Position numbers and translations under genes: made by a program. Shown here in pieces: positions 63,701 to 64,000 of a DNA stretch of 64,000 nucleotides. The stretch comes from Fimicolochytrium jonesii (lineage: Eukaryota), in NCBI RefSeq assembly GCF_025526975.1, contig NW_026515688.1:310001-374000 (forward strand), in the 5' to 3' direction. The notes beneath the pieces are model-generated. The model was not told the DNA's origin, made no database searches, and worked only from the letters and a program-made list of their open reading frames with translations. How positions within the stretch are numbered: position 1 is the stretch's first letter; each line of letters begins with the position of its first letter.

Positions 63701-64000
63701 ATACTTGAAGATCAGCAAGCATCCTCTGCCACCCCGCTGCTTGGCGCAGATCTCGCAAATCGCAAACACTTTCTTGATTGCGTACAAAGAGTGTCGATTT
63801 GGCACCGTTCCCGATCCCGGAGTGACAGCTACTGCCGTCTGAGCAGCCATGGCGGAGAGCAACTCTGCGAGCATCAGGATGCTCGCTACCGCGTCGGACT
63901 GAGAGTTCAGCGAGCATTGAACCAAAACTTCAATGATGGCGGTGAACTGCTTCTCGGTGCTATCGCGTACCTGGCTGGCGAGGAAGTCAACCACCAGCCG
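60785..64000 (-). CDS. TSC2: Tuberin (TSC2), Rheb GAP; 5' part lies outside the window
   Basis: Tuberin domain (EKDWDVY, ALHELPQSMTKLLP, AVHNLQFL), TWVQGN, LTIRRPAG, the Rap-GAP domain LDRTPVIDLHKIGVVYVG...KKRHIGNDYVTIVWNE, RERLRQIKRI, and terminal DFTRFT*. Confidence 0.95.
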   Translation of the reverse strand, partial: RLVVDFLASQVRDSTEKQFTAIIEVLVQCSLNSQSDAVASILMLAELLSAMAAQTAVAVTPGSGTVPNRHSLYAIKKVFAICEICAKQRGGRGCLLIFKYLVRIPTFHNCPKPVRLACLKYLLAFRAGESMTMLLPSYLDATQASSVDDNDPDNPQSMEPPKTLVLCPSLSCSSRLKSWPADVSDEPTTDADLPATPTTRTESSICHIPIAQHAAALMLNLTREKDWDVYTCIMQGLPNQLLDLSFFQSAGPQLTVMRAFFCDMIVNERAAVTVKNIPTTVRKSDIYLTALNILTILLAYRSFFTRQDQDEMLVAFQTGLYRWPSAAKNCIHAFTLALHELPQSMTKLLPGTLLKVSQMMSTAMAVHNLQFLATLARLPSLRVNFTDTDVKRVFVIALQYINTTVDSGANSTPTSPVNLYIVQLAYQVLLAWFVTLKLPERKKYVPFIIHYLLLRSSRQSKDLDENIELVLDLLIYNSFADCWSKPPDTRPLQSGSKPGKLPSRTWVQGNSLLTSQVSSHPGWIDLTIRRPAGVIAFSVRLENRFKATTASMLPLVAPVAFEQLMSSRRAYTIEKGRKESAAQGLRRSDSDGFSRRRHVRSNSLASIAPLQLEFPAAIDIRGKSDLSLLSNRGEDSPISEYFPDDIPLRRGRSSSMSSAKLPEGLDLIAPNLPTTRYERSDEGPVSQSPSARSFIESARPAALARDEQQASLDPSFLLAQFIHYPNLQFEEPSVLLPEDDAITRGVSVLDRTPVIDLHKIGVVYVGPDQTTEAAILNNTHGSRNYGYFLQTIGRFVRLKGCRDIYTGGLDTNDDLDGRHAIYAQDDLSQIIFHTTTLMPTLAHDPACTSKKRHIGNDYVTIVWNESGRDYAFDTIPAQFNFVNIIIEPAGGSRSDDSLGGQQPAREWIGGAIASAASTTSSLSSSVSTTASFANVAPVSVVTDKGFDAFQHQFFRVIAKQKQDMPETGPLGEPKLVSGASLGAFVRQNAVQANIFSQIFQNSGNNAESHTSNARERLRQIKRIKERAVAAAVKNGNRAASTEGADGSGAAGGNRNPVVDEREILLDFTRFT

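Overview
This is gene-dense, intron-rich eukaryotic DNA (about 50% GC, mostly short ~55-120 nt GT-AG introns) with about 19 protein-coding genes and no recognisable rRNA, tRNA, transposon or CRISPR. Fungal-type genes (NoxA, AA5 glyoxal oxidase, Sec2) sit alongside centriole/cilium and WAVE genes that Dikarya have lost (rotatin, an MDH1B-like N-domain, CYFIP), so I infer a zoosporic fungus, probably a chytrid. Gene order: rotatin (partial), glyoxal oxidase, RPA1, acidic orphan, FGGY kinase, CYFIP, AP-1 gamma, small secreted orphan, sugar-binding-protein/class C GPCR/PH fusion, NoxA, Cys-rich Ig-domain protein, Sec2, MBIP-like, MDH1B-N-like, GDPD, acetylpolyamine amidohydrolase, triple-GH18 chitinase, M28 peptidase, TPP II, ACADSB-like, TSC2 (partial). 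The strongest hidden signal is in the tripeptidyl-peptidase II gene. It ends in a leaky-type stop (TAG CAA CGA) followed in frame by QRKQRAKL*, a cryptic peroxisomal PTS1. It also has a mitochondrial-type presequence upstream of a second ATG, so one locus may make cytosolic, mitochondrial and peroxisomal isoforms. All family calls come from motif recognition by eye. No database searches were run, and exon boundaries are hand-derived.
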